From Bacteroidales bacterium (GTDB taxonomy: Bacteria > Bacteroidota > Bacteroidia > Bacteroidales > UBA10428): 64,000 nt of DNA. Position 1 is the stretch's first letter, and the number at the start of each line of letters is the position of its first letter. Position numbers and translations under genes: made by a program. Positions 56,788 to 64,000 of the stretch are shown piece after piece. The notes below the pieces were generated by a model. It made no database searches and was not told the origin of the DNA. It worked only from the letters and a program-made list of their open reading frames with translations. The stretch covers positions 55,151 through 119,150 of the forward strand of contig DATGXG010000041.1 of the NCBI GenBank assembly GCA_035299085.1. Direction: 5' to 3'.

Positions 56788-58325
56788 ATTTTTTCCTCCT
56801 TTTTTGGTCCAATTTTTATCTGTCGGGTCAATATTCTGACTTCTGCAACGATCATTGCGGTGAACAGAGCGGCAAAGATCCAGAAGGTCACGAGAACCGC
56901 CGAAGAATCTATATGCGATATGGCAGCCGACAATGGAAGATAATCCTGAATGGCCCATGGTTGCCGTCCCACTTCCGCCACAATCCAACCCGCCTGTCCC
57001 GCAATGTAAGGCAAGGGTATACTAATGACGGCTAACCACAGGAGCCATTTTCGGTTCACGATTTTGTTCGTGAACAAGGAAACTAAAACAACGACGAAAA
57101 GCAGTACAAAATAAAACCCCAGGTAAACCATTATTCTGAAACTATTGAAAGAAAGGGGTACGCTTGGAATCAGATCGGAAGGATTGTTAATAAAGCTGTA
57201 ACCGAAATACCTGAAATACTCGTCAAGGAATTTCTGATCGGTAAAAGTTGCTTTCAATTTCTCATATTCTGCTGTATTGTTGCTGGCTTTAGCTTCGCGC
57301 AAGTCCCTGAACATTTGTCTTGCTTTGCGGCCTCTTTCCATTTTTTCAGTTGCTGACATAACGCCGTGCTCAGGATTCCCGTTTATAAAGTCTTTCAAAC
57401 CGGGCACATAGGCATTGGCATTTCGGAACGACAGGAAACTCAGAAGACTGGGCACTTCAATTTTGGCTTTTACATCAGCGGGTTGCTGCTTCCTCGAAAC
57501 AACACCGAACACCGTGAGAGGAGCGCCACTCTTGCCGTCAACCAATCCTTCCATTGCAGCAAACTTCACAGGCTGCTTGTGAGCGATAAGCCTTGCCGAA
57601 CCATCACCGGTAAATATAAGATATATTGATGTTATGATACCGAAAACCCCGGCAACCACCATGCTCTTCCGGGCAAAAATGACTTCCCTTTTCCTGAGGA
57701 TGAACCATGCCGAGATTCCCGTAACAAATACCGAAGCCAACACAAACCCTGAAGATATGGTATGAAGGAATTTATTGATGGCAACCGGTGAAAAAAGTAC
57801 GTCCCAGAAATTCACCATTTCATTACGTGCTGTTTCGGGATTGAAATGCATACCGGCAGGAAACTGCATCCAGCCATTTGCGACTAATATCCATAAGGCT
57901 GAAAGGTTGGCGCCGATTGCAGTGAGCCAGGTGGAAACCAGGTGGAACCGCTTGCTTACCTTATTCCAGCCAAAAAACATGACGGCAATAAATGTGGTCT
58001 CCAGGAAAAACGCCAGTATACCTTCCACTGCCAGCGGCGATCCGAAGATATCACCCACAAACCATGAGTAATTTGACCAGTTGGTTCCGAACTGGAATTC
58101 AAGTATAATACCCGTTGCAACACCAAAGGCAAAATTGACACCGAAAAGTGTCATCCAGAACTTGGTGGCTTTTTTCCATTCCTCGTCGCCGGTTTTTACA
58201 TACAGAGTTTCCATAAAGGCAATAAGGAAACCCAATCCGAGCGTCAGTGGAACAAAAAGCCAGTGGTACATTGCGGTCAGTGCGAATTGCGCCCTTGACC
58301 ATTCGATTAAAGAGGTATCCGGCAT
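56784..58325 (-). CDS. cydA: Cytochrome bd ubiquinol oxidase subunit I
   Basis: WSRAQFALTAMYHWLFVPLTLG, GWNKVS and GRQPWAI are conserved CydA blocks. Confidence 0.93.
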   Translation of the reverse strand: MPDTSLIEWSRAQFALTAMYHWLFVPLTLGLGFLIAFMETLYVKTGDEEWKKATKFWMTLFGVNFAFGVATGIILEFQFGTNWSNYSWFVGDIFGSPLAVEGILAFFLETTFIAVMFFGWNKVSKRFHLVSTWLTAIGANLSALWILVANGWMQFPAGMHFNPETARNEMVNFWDVLFSPVAINKFLHTISSGFVLASVFVTGISAWFILRKREVIFARKSMVVAGVFGIITSIYLIFTGDGSARLIAHKQPVKFAAMEGLVDGKSGAPLTVFGVVSRKQQPADVKAKIEVPSLLSFLSFRNANAYVPGLKDFINGNPEHGVMSATEKMERGRKARQMFRDLREAKASNNTAEYEKLKATFTDQKFLDEYFRYFGYSFINNPSDLIPSVPLSFNSFRIMVYLGFYFVLLFVVVLVSLFTNKIVNRKWLLWLAVISIPLPYIAGQAGWIVAEVGRQPWAIQDYLPLSAAISHIDSSAVLVTFWIFAALFTAMIVAEVRILTRQIKIGPKKEEKI

Positions 58326-58429
58326 AAATTGATTTTTGAAATGGTTACTAATTCAATTCAACCGAAATTTATAAAAAGGATAGACCGGCGAAACAGAAAG
58401 GGGTGTTACAAATGGGTTACAAAAATTTC

Positions 58430-59320
58430 TCAATAATTCAGGATGAAGCTCCTGAGATCACTTTGAAACGATAAATTCAGTTTCTTTTTCAGCCTTACCC
58501 TTGACATTTTTACCGATTCCGGCCGGACATTAAAAAACCGTGCGGTTTCTTTTGTATCAAAATTAAGGCGGATACAGGCACAATGCTTGAGATCGTTCAC
58601 TGAAAGGGAAGGAAATTGCCGGATCAGGTTATTGAAAAAATCAGGATGGATCTGCTCGAAATGCTTGATCAGCATATCCCAGTCATTATCAAGGCGTGTA
58701 TAGGAATTCAGGATCTCATATATGCGGCTGAAATTCTTGCGTGAGTATTTCTTATTCAGATTGAGAATTTTATCCAATTCGGTTTTAATCTCCTGTGTGA
58801 TTTTGTTCTTTTGATTAATATATAAGGAATCAGCAGCGAGTTCTTTCTGAAGAGACTCCAGTTTCAACTTTTCAGTAATATCTGCACTGAATTCAATATA
58901 GCCCAGGGTATTTCCCTTTTTATCGAAAAGCGGGGTATGCCTTACAAGCCACGATCCATTATCATTGCGGGTTGTAACCCGGTCGGTTGTATGGTGATCT
59001 TTTGTAACCACCGGGCATTGAGAACAGGGAGATTTTGACCCGTACCAAACCTGGTAACACTTTTTACCGATATAAGAATTGTCTGTGACACCTATCTTCT
59101 TCTTGCCGGCTTCATTGAGCCATTTGATCCGGTGATCGGGTTCATAAAATGCAATGATTTCAGAAAAGGAATTGAGAATGCTTGTCCCCAGTGATTCGTC
59201 ATCCGCCGAAAGGTCAGCGTTTTCAAATATCGATTTGAAGTTATCGCCTCTCATCAGCTGATCGGTTATCCGGTCAAATCCTGAAGGCTCTTTTTTCGCA
59301 GGCCGGTTTTCCTTTTTCAT
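58430..59320 (-). CDS. PAS-domain plus LuxR-type HTH transcriptional regulator
   Basis: The central PAS-like region contains the Cys motif C-x12-C-x2-C (KKCYQVWYGSKSPCSQCPVV). The C-terminal HTH is LSVNDLKHCACIRLNFDTKETARFFNVRPESVKMSRVRLKKKL. Confidence 0.65.
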   Translation of the reverse strand: MKKENRPAKKEPSGFDRITDQLMRGDNFKSIFENADLSADDESLGTSILNSFSEIIAFYEPDHRIKWLNEAGKKKIGVTDNSYIGKKCYQVWYGSKSPCSQCPVVTKDHHTTDRVTTRNDNGSWLVRHTPLFDKKGNTLGYIEFSADITEKLKLESLQKELAADSLYINQKNKITQEIKTELDKILNLNKKYSRKNFSRIYEILNSYTRLDNDWDMLIKHFEQIHPDFFNNLIRQFPSLSVNDLKHCACIRLNFDTKETARFFNVRPESVKMSRVRLKKKLNLSFQSDLRSFILNY

Positions 59321-59412
59321 GGCAAAATGAAATCATAGATTTTGTACCGTTCACGGAAATAAATATAGCACTTTATTTAAAAATGTATAATTTGCGGCAT
59401 CAAGATTGAACT

Positions 59413-62400
59413 ATGAAACGAATATTCTACGCTGCTTTTGCTTTTCTGCTTTGTTTTACACTTACTGTACAGGGCCAGTCACCTTCTTTTGAAACCTTCA
59501 TCAATCCTGTAATACCGGGTGACCATCCTGATGCTACGCTTACAAAAGTCGGCAGGGATTTTTATACAACCGGATCGTCTTTTAATGTTACTCCTGTCAT
59601 CTATCATTCAACCGACCTTGTGCACTGGGAAGCCATAGCACAGCCTGTTAAAGCATCATGGAATAATTTTGGCAGCAATGCGGGTGGCGGTTGCTGGGGA
59701 GGTCATGTGGTTTATTACAACGGGGTATTCTGGGATTTTTTCGGAAGGGCCGGAAGCATGTATTTTGTCAAAGCAGCTCATCCGGAAGGTCCATGGAGCA
59801 GCCCGGTTAAGGTGAATGATCCGGCTGCTTTGCCATTCGGACTCGGCCAGGATAATTCAATATTCATAGACGACAATAACAAATGGTACCTGCTTGTAAA
59901 GAATGGTCAGGCTAATAATGCTATTGTGGAGCTGAACGAGAACGGACAAGCATCCGGAACGGTATATAACCTGAACTGGCTAAATCCGTCGCCTTATCCT
60001 TACAGCTGGGCGGAGGGCCCTGTTATGTGGAAAGAGCACGGGTATTATTACTATTGTTTTGCCCGTGACCTTGCAGGAGGTGAAAAAGTAATGAGAAGTA
60101 CCGTACTATCCGCGGACAAAAATGAGTGGACAATGCTCGGCGACTTTTTCAATACAACCGATCCGCTTAAGAGCAGCTCGTTGTTCACAGAGCCGAATCA
60201 CAACTCCCCCGCGGTTATGCTTGATGACAGCACATCGTGGGTTATTCATCCGCTGTATGCCAGGGATGAATGGAAAGGACAGGGCAGACAGGGATTGCTG
60301 AACCAGGTGAAGTACAACAGTTCGTACAGGCCGGTTGCCGATTACCCGGTAAATAAGGTTTTCTCAGCCCCTGATCTTCCTTCGGGAGGAATCCCCTGGA
60401 TGGTGCCGAAATCCGACGATTTTTGCCGTACAACCCTGAACCCTGAGTGGAGTTTTATCGGGTACACGCCGGATGCCACCTGGTCATTGACAGATCAAAA
60501 AGGTTGGCTCCGTTTGTCGCCCAAAAGTTCATCATTACCCAACACCATTGTAAAGAATGACGGTGAACACAATTATTCTATAATAACACGACTGCGGTTC
60601 ACAGCAGCCTCACCCGAAGATGAAGCCGGTTTGCGCATTATCCGGGGTGATGAAACCAAATTTGTAAGGCTTTACAGCGGATACAACTCATCCGGCGAGA
60701 AAATTATCGGTTTCCGGTATGATAACACCGTGTATTCTGCACTGAATACAATAGGAGATGAACTCTGGCTAAAGCTGGTAAGGATCAACCACCTTGTTTA
60801 CGGATATTACAGCAGTGACGGAACTGACTGGAAACAGGTTGGCAGTGGTATTAATATATCCGTAATTGATTCGTATGCTGATTTAAGCACCTTTACAGGT
60901 ACCCGGCAGGGAGTATATGTTCAGCATTCTCCGGCACTTTTTGACCTGTATATTTACAGGGATGCCTACACTCCGATAATGGCTTCGTGTGTGGCCAATC
61001 AATCGGGTACTTCACCTTTAAACACGGGTATCCTCGACAATATACATAATAGCGACTGGGCTATGTATGCCGGGGTGGAATTCGGAAACCCCGATTACGG
61101 CCGGAAAGCGGATACCCTTATAATAACCGCCGCTTCTGTTAACGGAGGCCGTGCAGAAATCTGGCTTGATTCCATTGCAAGCGGAATACTTGCCGGTACT
61201 TGTGAAATTACATCTACAGGAAACACAGGAACCTTCAGGAATTTTAAAACACCTGTATTGTCGGTAACCGGGCGGCATGATGTATATGTAAAATTTACAG
61301 GAGAAAATGCAAATCCCTTGTTTCTTCTTAAAGAAATCCGGTTTGTTCCAATTACGGCTCCTCACGTCTTATCCGCCACAACATTAAATGATTCGGTAAT
61401 TTATTTAAGAGCAGATAAACATATTCTTATCGACTCAATTGGCGGGTTCACTGTACAATTAAACAGCTCGGTTGATTCAGTGACGGATATTTCTATTCAC
61501 CCGGCTGATTCAGCAGTACTGCTCATTCAAATTAAGAACAGGGTTGTATTTGGCGATAAAGTCAGAATTTCATATGATGGTAATTTTATTCAGTCAAATG
61601 ATGGCCTGAAGCTTGCCTCCTTCTCTGACTTTACCGTGATGAACACCATCGCGGACACTCATTCGGTACAGCCTGACACCACTTTTCACATTTATCTTAT
61701 GTTCGGGCAGTCGAACATGGAAGGTGCCGGCACCATTGAACCCCGGGACAGGCTTATCAATCCGAGGGTATGGATGATGCAGGATTCAACCTGTCCTAAT
61801 CTCGACAGGGTTTATGGACAATGGTATCCGGCCGCTCCGCCATTGAACAGGTGCTGGGGCAAACTGGGCCCGGGAGATTCATTTGGCCGCATGCTGGGAG
61901 AACAGGCCCCTGCCTATGTATCTAAAATAGGTCTTATCAATGTTTCCGTGAGCGGTTGCAACATTTTTATCTATAAAAAAGGATGCCCCGACGGTTTAGA
62001 CCAGATCAGCCAGGGAATACCTTTTTCATGCGGATATACATGGCTGCTCGACCTGGCAAAGAAGGCCCAGAAAGCGGGAGTTATCAAAGGAATCATTTTC
62101 CACCAGGGTGAAACCAACAACACCGATCAAACATGGAAATCTACAGTTAAGCAGATTGTATCAGACCTTAAGTCCGACCTGGGGTTGGGTGATATACCTT
62201 TCCTGGCAGGTGAGCTGTTATATGCCGAATACGGTTCATGCTGCAGTGCACACAATGTCGAAATCAATAAACTTCCGGCAATTATCCCGAACGCTCATGT
62301 AATTTCAGCTGCGGGACTGCCCGGTGCAGATTATGCGCACTTCACATCGGCCTCATACCGGACCTTCGGCGAAAGGTATGCACGCAAAATGCTGAAGCTG

Positions 62401-63492
62401 GTTTATAATGTATGTGATTCAAGTGTTATTGAACCGTGGTACAAAATAAACGGGGGAACCGAAACCAAAGGAGATAAACTAATAATCAGCAAAGGCCAGA
62501 ATCTTGTTCTTTCACCTCACCCTTCAAATGAACTGGGCACATGGAGCTGGACAGGTGCAGGAACATCTGGCACATCGCGAACTCAAACAGTAACCTTTAC
62601 GGGTAATGGTGAATATAAAGCTTATGTCACCTATACCAATGAATGCGGAACCCTAAGCAGGCTGCAATATTCAATAGTCGTTTGTGATTCCACACCTGTG
62701 GAGTCGTGGTACCAGGTTAACAATGGCGATTGGATCAGGTCTTCAAAACTGAGTGCACTCAGGGGCAGCACCCTGTTGTTGGGTCCCCGGGCAGCAGATA
62801 CAACCGGTACCTGGAGCTGGAGCGGAGGCGGTACAAGAGGTACTTCACGTCTCCAGCGCATTAATACTTCAATTGCAGGAGTTTACACAGCCCGGCCTGT
62901 TTATACAAACGTTTGCGGTGCAAAATCCAGAATGGCAATAACATTCTCAATCTGCGACTCGGCAAGAATTGAATCATGGTACAGGATAGATAACGGAGTT
63001 GAATTAAAATCCGATTCAGTGACTGTAGAACAGAATGCAGTTCTGGTATTGACTCCCAGACCGGTATCGGGAGGAACCTGGGATTGGTCAGGTGCAGGAT
63101 TGGCCGGATCAGACAGGGAACAAACAGTTAATACAGAAGCGGCCGGTAACTACCTTGCAAAAGCCGTATATACAAATGCCTGTGGAATTCAAAGCCACAT
63201 GTCGGTTAAAATAGTGGTAACAGAATCAACGGGGACAAATAATCCTGAAAACACATCGGTCCTGATATATCCTAACCCGGCCGACCAGCAGCTGACAATT
63301 GAAGACAAAGGTCAATCGGGAATTCTGAAAGAAGAGATTCTGAATAACCTGGGTGAACTGGTGATTACACAGGACCCTGCTCTATCATCCCATTTCACAA
63401 TCGATATCAGCAGGCTGAGCCCGGGAGTGTATTATCTAAGGTTAGTGGTTGCAAAAGGAATTATAGTAAGGAAATTTATTAAATCGAATTAG
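59413..63492 (+). CDS. T9SS-secreted multidomain hemicellulase: GH43 with a concanavalin-like C-domain, CBM6-like domain, SGNH/sialate-O-acetylesterase-like (DUF303) domain, three 90-aa repeats and a Por tail
   Basis: - GH43: NPVIPGDHPDATLTKVGRDFYTTGSSF...YHSTDLVHWE and DNSIFIDDNNKWYLL.
- CBM6-like: NSDWAMYAGVEFG...AEIWLDS.
- Esterase: FHIYLMFGQSNMEGAG and IIFHQGETN.
- C-terminus: LIYPNPADQQLTIE...PGVYYLRL. Confidence 0.8.
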   Translation: MKRIFYAAFAFLLCFTLTVQGQSPSFETFINPVIPGDHPDATLTKVGRDFYTTGSSFNVTPVIYHSTDLVHWEAIAQPVKASWNNFGSNAGGGCWGGHVVYYNGVFWDFFGRAGSMYFVKAAHPEGPWSSPVKVNDPAALPFGLGQDNSIFIDDNNKWYLLVKNGQANNAIVELNENGQASGTVYNLNWLNPSPYPYSWAEGPVMWKEHGYYYYCFARDLAGGEKVMRSTVLSADKNEWTMLGDFFNTTDPLKSSSLFTEPNHNSPAVMLDDSTSWVIHPLYARDEWKGQGRQGLLNQVKYNSSYRPVADYPVNKVFSAPDLPSGGIPWMVPKSDDFCRTTLNPEWSFIGYTPDATWSLTDQKGWLRLSPKSSSLPNTIVKNDGEHNYSIITRLRFTAASPEDEAGLRIIRGDETKFVRLYSGYNSSGEKIIGFRYDNTVYSALNTIGDELWLKLVRINHLVYGYYSSDGTDWKQVGSGINISVIDSYADLSTFTGTRQGVYVQHSPALFDLYIYRDAYTPIMASCVANQSGTSPLNTGILDNIHNSDWAMYAGVEFGNPDYGRKADTLIITAASVNGGRAEIWLDSIASGILAGTCEITSTGNTGTFRNFKTPVLSVTGRHDVYVKFTGENANPLFLLKEIRFVPITAPHVLSATTLNDSVIYLRADKHILIDSIGGFTVQLNSSVDSVTDISIHPADSAVLLIQIKNRVVFGDKVRISYDGNFIQSNDGLKLASFSDFTVMNTIADTHSVQPDTTFHIYLMFGQSNMEGAGTIEPRDRLINPRVWMMQDSTCPNLDRVYGQWYPAAPPLNRCWGKLGPGDSFGRMLGEQAPAYVSKIGLINVSVSGCNIFIYKKGCPDGLDQISQGIPFSCGYTWLLDLAKKAQKAGVIKGIIFHQGETNNTDQTWKSTVKQIVSDLKSDLGLGDIPFLAGELLYAEYGSCCSAHNVEINKLPAIIPNAHVISAAGLPGADYAHFTSASYRTFGERYARKMLKLVYNVCDSSVIEPWYKINGGTETKGDKLIISKGQNLVLSPHPSNELGTWSWTGAGTSGTSRTQTVTFTGNGEYKAYVTYTNECGTLSRLQYSIVVCDSTPVESWYQVNNGDWIRSSKLSALRGSTLLLGPRAADTTGTWSWSGGGTRGTSRLQRINTSIAGVYTARPVYTNVCGAKSRMAITFSICDSARIESWYRIDNGVELKSDSVTVEQNAVLVLTPRPVSGGTWDWSGAGLAGSDREQTVNTEAAGNYLAKAVYTNACGIQSHMSVKIVVTESTGTNNPENTSVLIYPNPADQQLTIEDKGQSGILKEEILNNLGELVITQDPALSSHFTIDISRLSPGVYYLRLVVAKGIIVRKFIKSN
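62413..63222 (+). repeat. Three exact-period (270 nt, 90 aa) coding repeats inside the GH43 gene
   Basis: Units begin CDSSVIEPWYKINGG (62413), CDSTPVESWYQVNNG (62683) and CDSARIESWYRIDNG (62953). Each carries GTW.W.G.G..G and YTN.CG. Confidence 0.85.
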
Positions 63493-63500
63493 AATTTTAT

Positions 63501-63528
63501 GTAGAGACGCACGGCCGTGCGTCTCTAC
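63501..63528. terminator. 28-bp perfect palindrome GTAGAGACGCACGG/CCGTGCGTCTCTAC between convergent genes
   Basis: Read directly. It would fold as a ~12-bp stem with a GGCC loop. No long U-run follows it. Confidence 0.6.
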
Positions 63529-64000
63529 TCAATCCGCCGACGACATCTGGTACTGGGTGGAAAGCACCTTATGGCTTGAAGTAAGCCGGCTGCCGCCGTT
63601 ATTATTTGACCACATCCAGAGAGTATAGCTCTGAAGGATATCGGCATAATAGGTTTCGCCATTGCCCTTATCAACCGGCAGCCATACGTTTTTAGTCATA
63701 ACAATGCCGCTACCATCATATTTTCCAAAGAAATCGCCTCTTGGATTTGAATTTTTATACGTCACATCAACAGGTATCCAGCCATATTTTTCGAGGTAAA
63801 AATCGGCCCAAACATGGTATACACCATCAGGGCGAACGGTAACAATATGCCTGGCAGGGATTCCTTTATTTCTGAGCAAAGAGACATAAATTGAAGTAAG
63901 ATTTCCGCAATCACCTCCGCCTGCATTTAGTATCTGCTGCAACGTATGCAAACCGGTGTAAGGATTCAGATAGTGATAATGACTGGCCACCCATTCATAG
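63529..64000 (-). CDS. Transglutaminase-like cysteine-protease-fold protein, 5' end outside the window
   Basis: The core triad context is GGGDCGNLTSIYVSLLRNKGIPARHV...YHVWADFYLEKYGWIPVDVT. The frame stays open upstream of the track's GTG 'start' (..YEWVASHY), so the gene continues past base 64000. Confidence 0.7.
   Translation of the reverse strand, partial: YEWVASHYHYLNPYTGLHTLQQILNAGGGDCGNLTSIYVSLLRNKGIPARHIVTVRPDGVYHVWADFYLEKYGWIPVDVTYKNSNPRGDFFGKYDGSGIVMTKNVWLPVDKGNGETYYADILQSYTLWMWSNNNGGSRLTSSHKVLSTQYQMSSAD

Noticed and set aside
56788-56988. 67-aa N-terminal extension of the cydB ORF
   Set aside because: It overlaps the conserved C-terminus of cydA. The ATGA overlap at 56784-56787 gives the canonical CydB N-terminus.

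Overview
This window looks like a chromosomal segment from a Bacteroidota-type genome. That placement is an inference from four things: five large proteins ending in T9SS Por-secretion-tail-like C-termini, lipobox signal peptides, TAnnTTTG-type -7 promoter boxes, and a high density of carbohydrate-active enzymes. It is almost fully coding, with about 40 genes. I found no rRNA, tRNA, CRISPR array, integrase, transposase, phage gene or recognisable defence gene.

Gene order:
- 1-19.7 kb: an exopolysaccharide/capsule locus. It holds a bi-domain oxidoreductase, a ChbG-type deacetylase, a glycosyltransferase, a WbaP-type initiating transferase, Wza and Wzc. Embedded in it are three very large T9SS-secreted enzymes: two tandem double-beta-helix paralogs and one lyase-like/FN3x3/LamG protein.
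- 19.8-21.1 kb: gdhA.
- 21.4-26.3 kb: an unusual two-gene signalling operon. A ~1,411-aa protein (GAF-like x3, receiver x2, PPDK_N ATP-grasp) is paired with a NarL/LuxR regulator whose phospho-acceptor Asp is replaced.
- 26.4-30.7 kb: a 1,414-aa T9SS adhesin.
- 30.8-33.1 kb: an nfnAB-like gene pair.
- 33.2-38.5 kb: GH26 and GH2 glycosidases.
- 38.7-39.9 kb: an NhaD-like permease.
- 39.9-46.5 kb: an uncharacterised envelope cluster. It holds an ATP-grasp ligase, two paralogous Cys-less asparagine-synthetase-like PP-loop proteins, an Amj-like flippase and a Nim/PNPOx protein.
- 46.7-64.0 kb: an ArsR-SRPBCC pair, a MacB-type ABC exporter divergent from a sigma-54 two-component system, GH27, cydAB with an unannotated 34-aa ORF, a PAS-LuxR regulator, a 1,359-aa GH43/CBM6/SGNH-esterase T9SS enzyme, and a truncated transglutaminase-like gene.

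Most second-look-worthy items: the PPDK_N/Asp-less regulator operon, the ATP-grasp/AsnB-like/Amj cluster, a conserved bipartite TCAAAA-N13-CGTCAATATTT motif in front of the duplicated beta-helix genes, and several intergenic repeat families.

All domain calls come from reading motifs by eye. No HMM or BLAST search was run.
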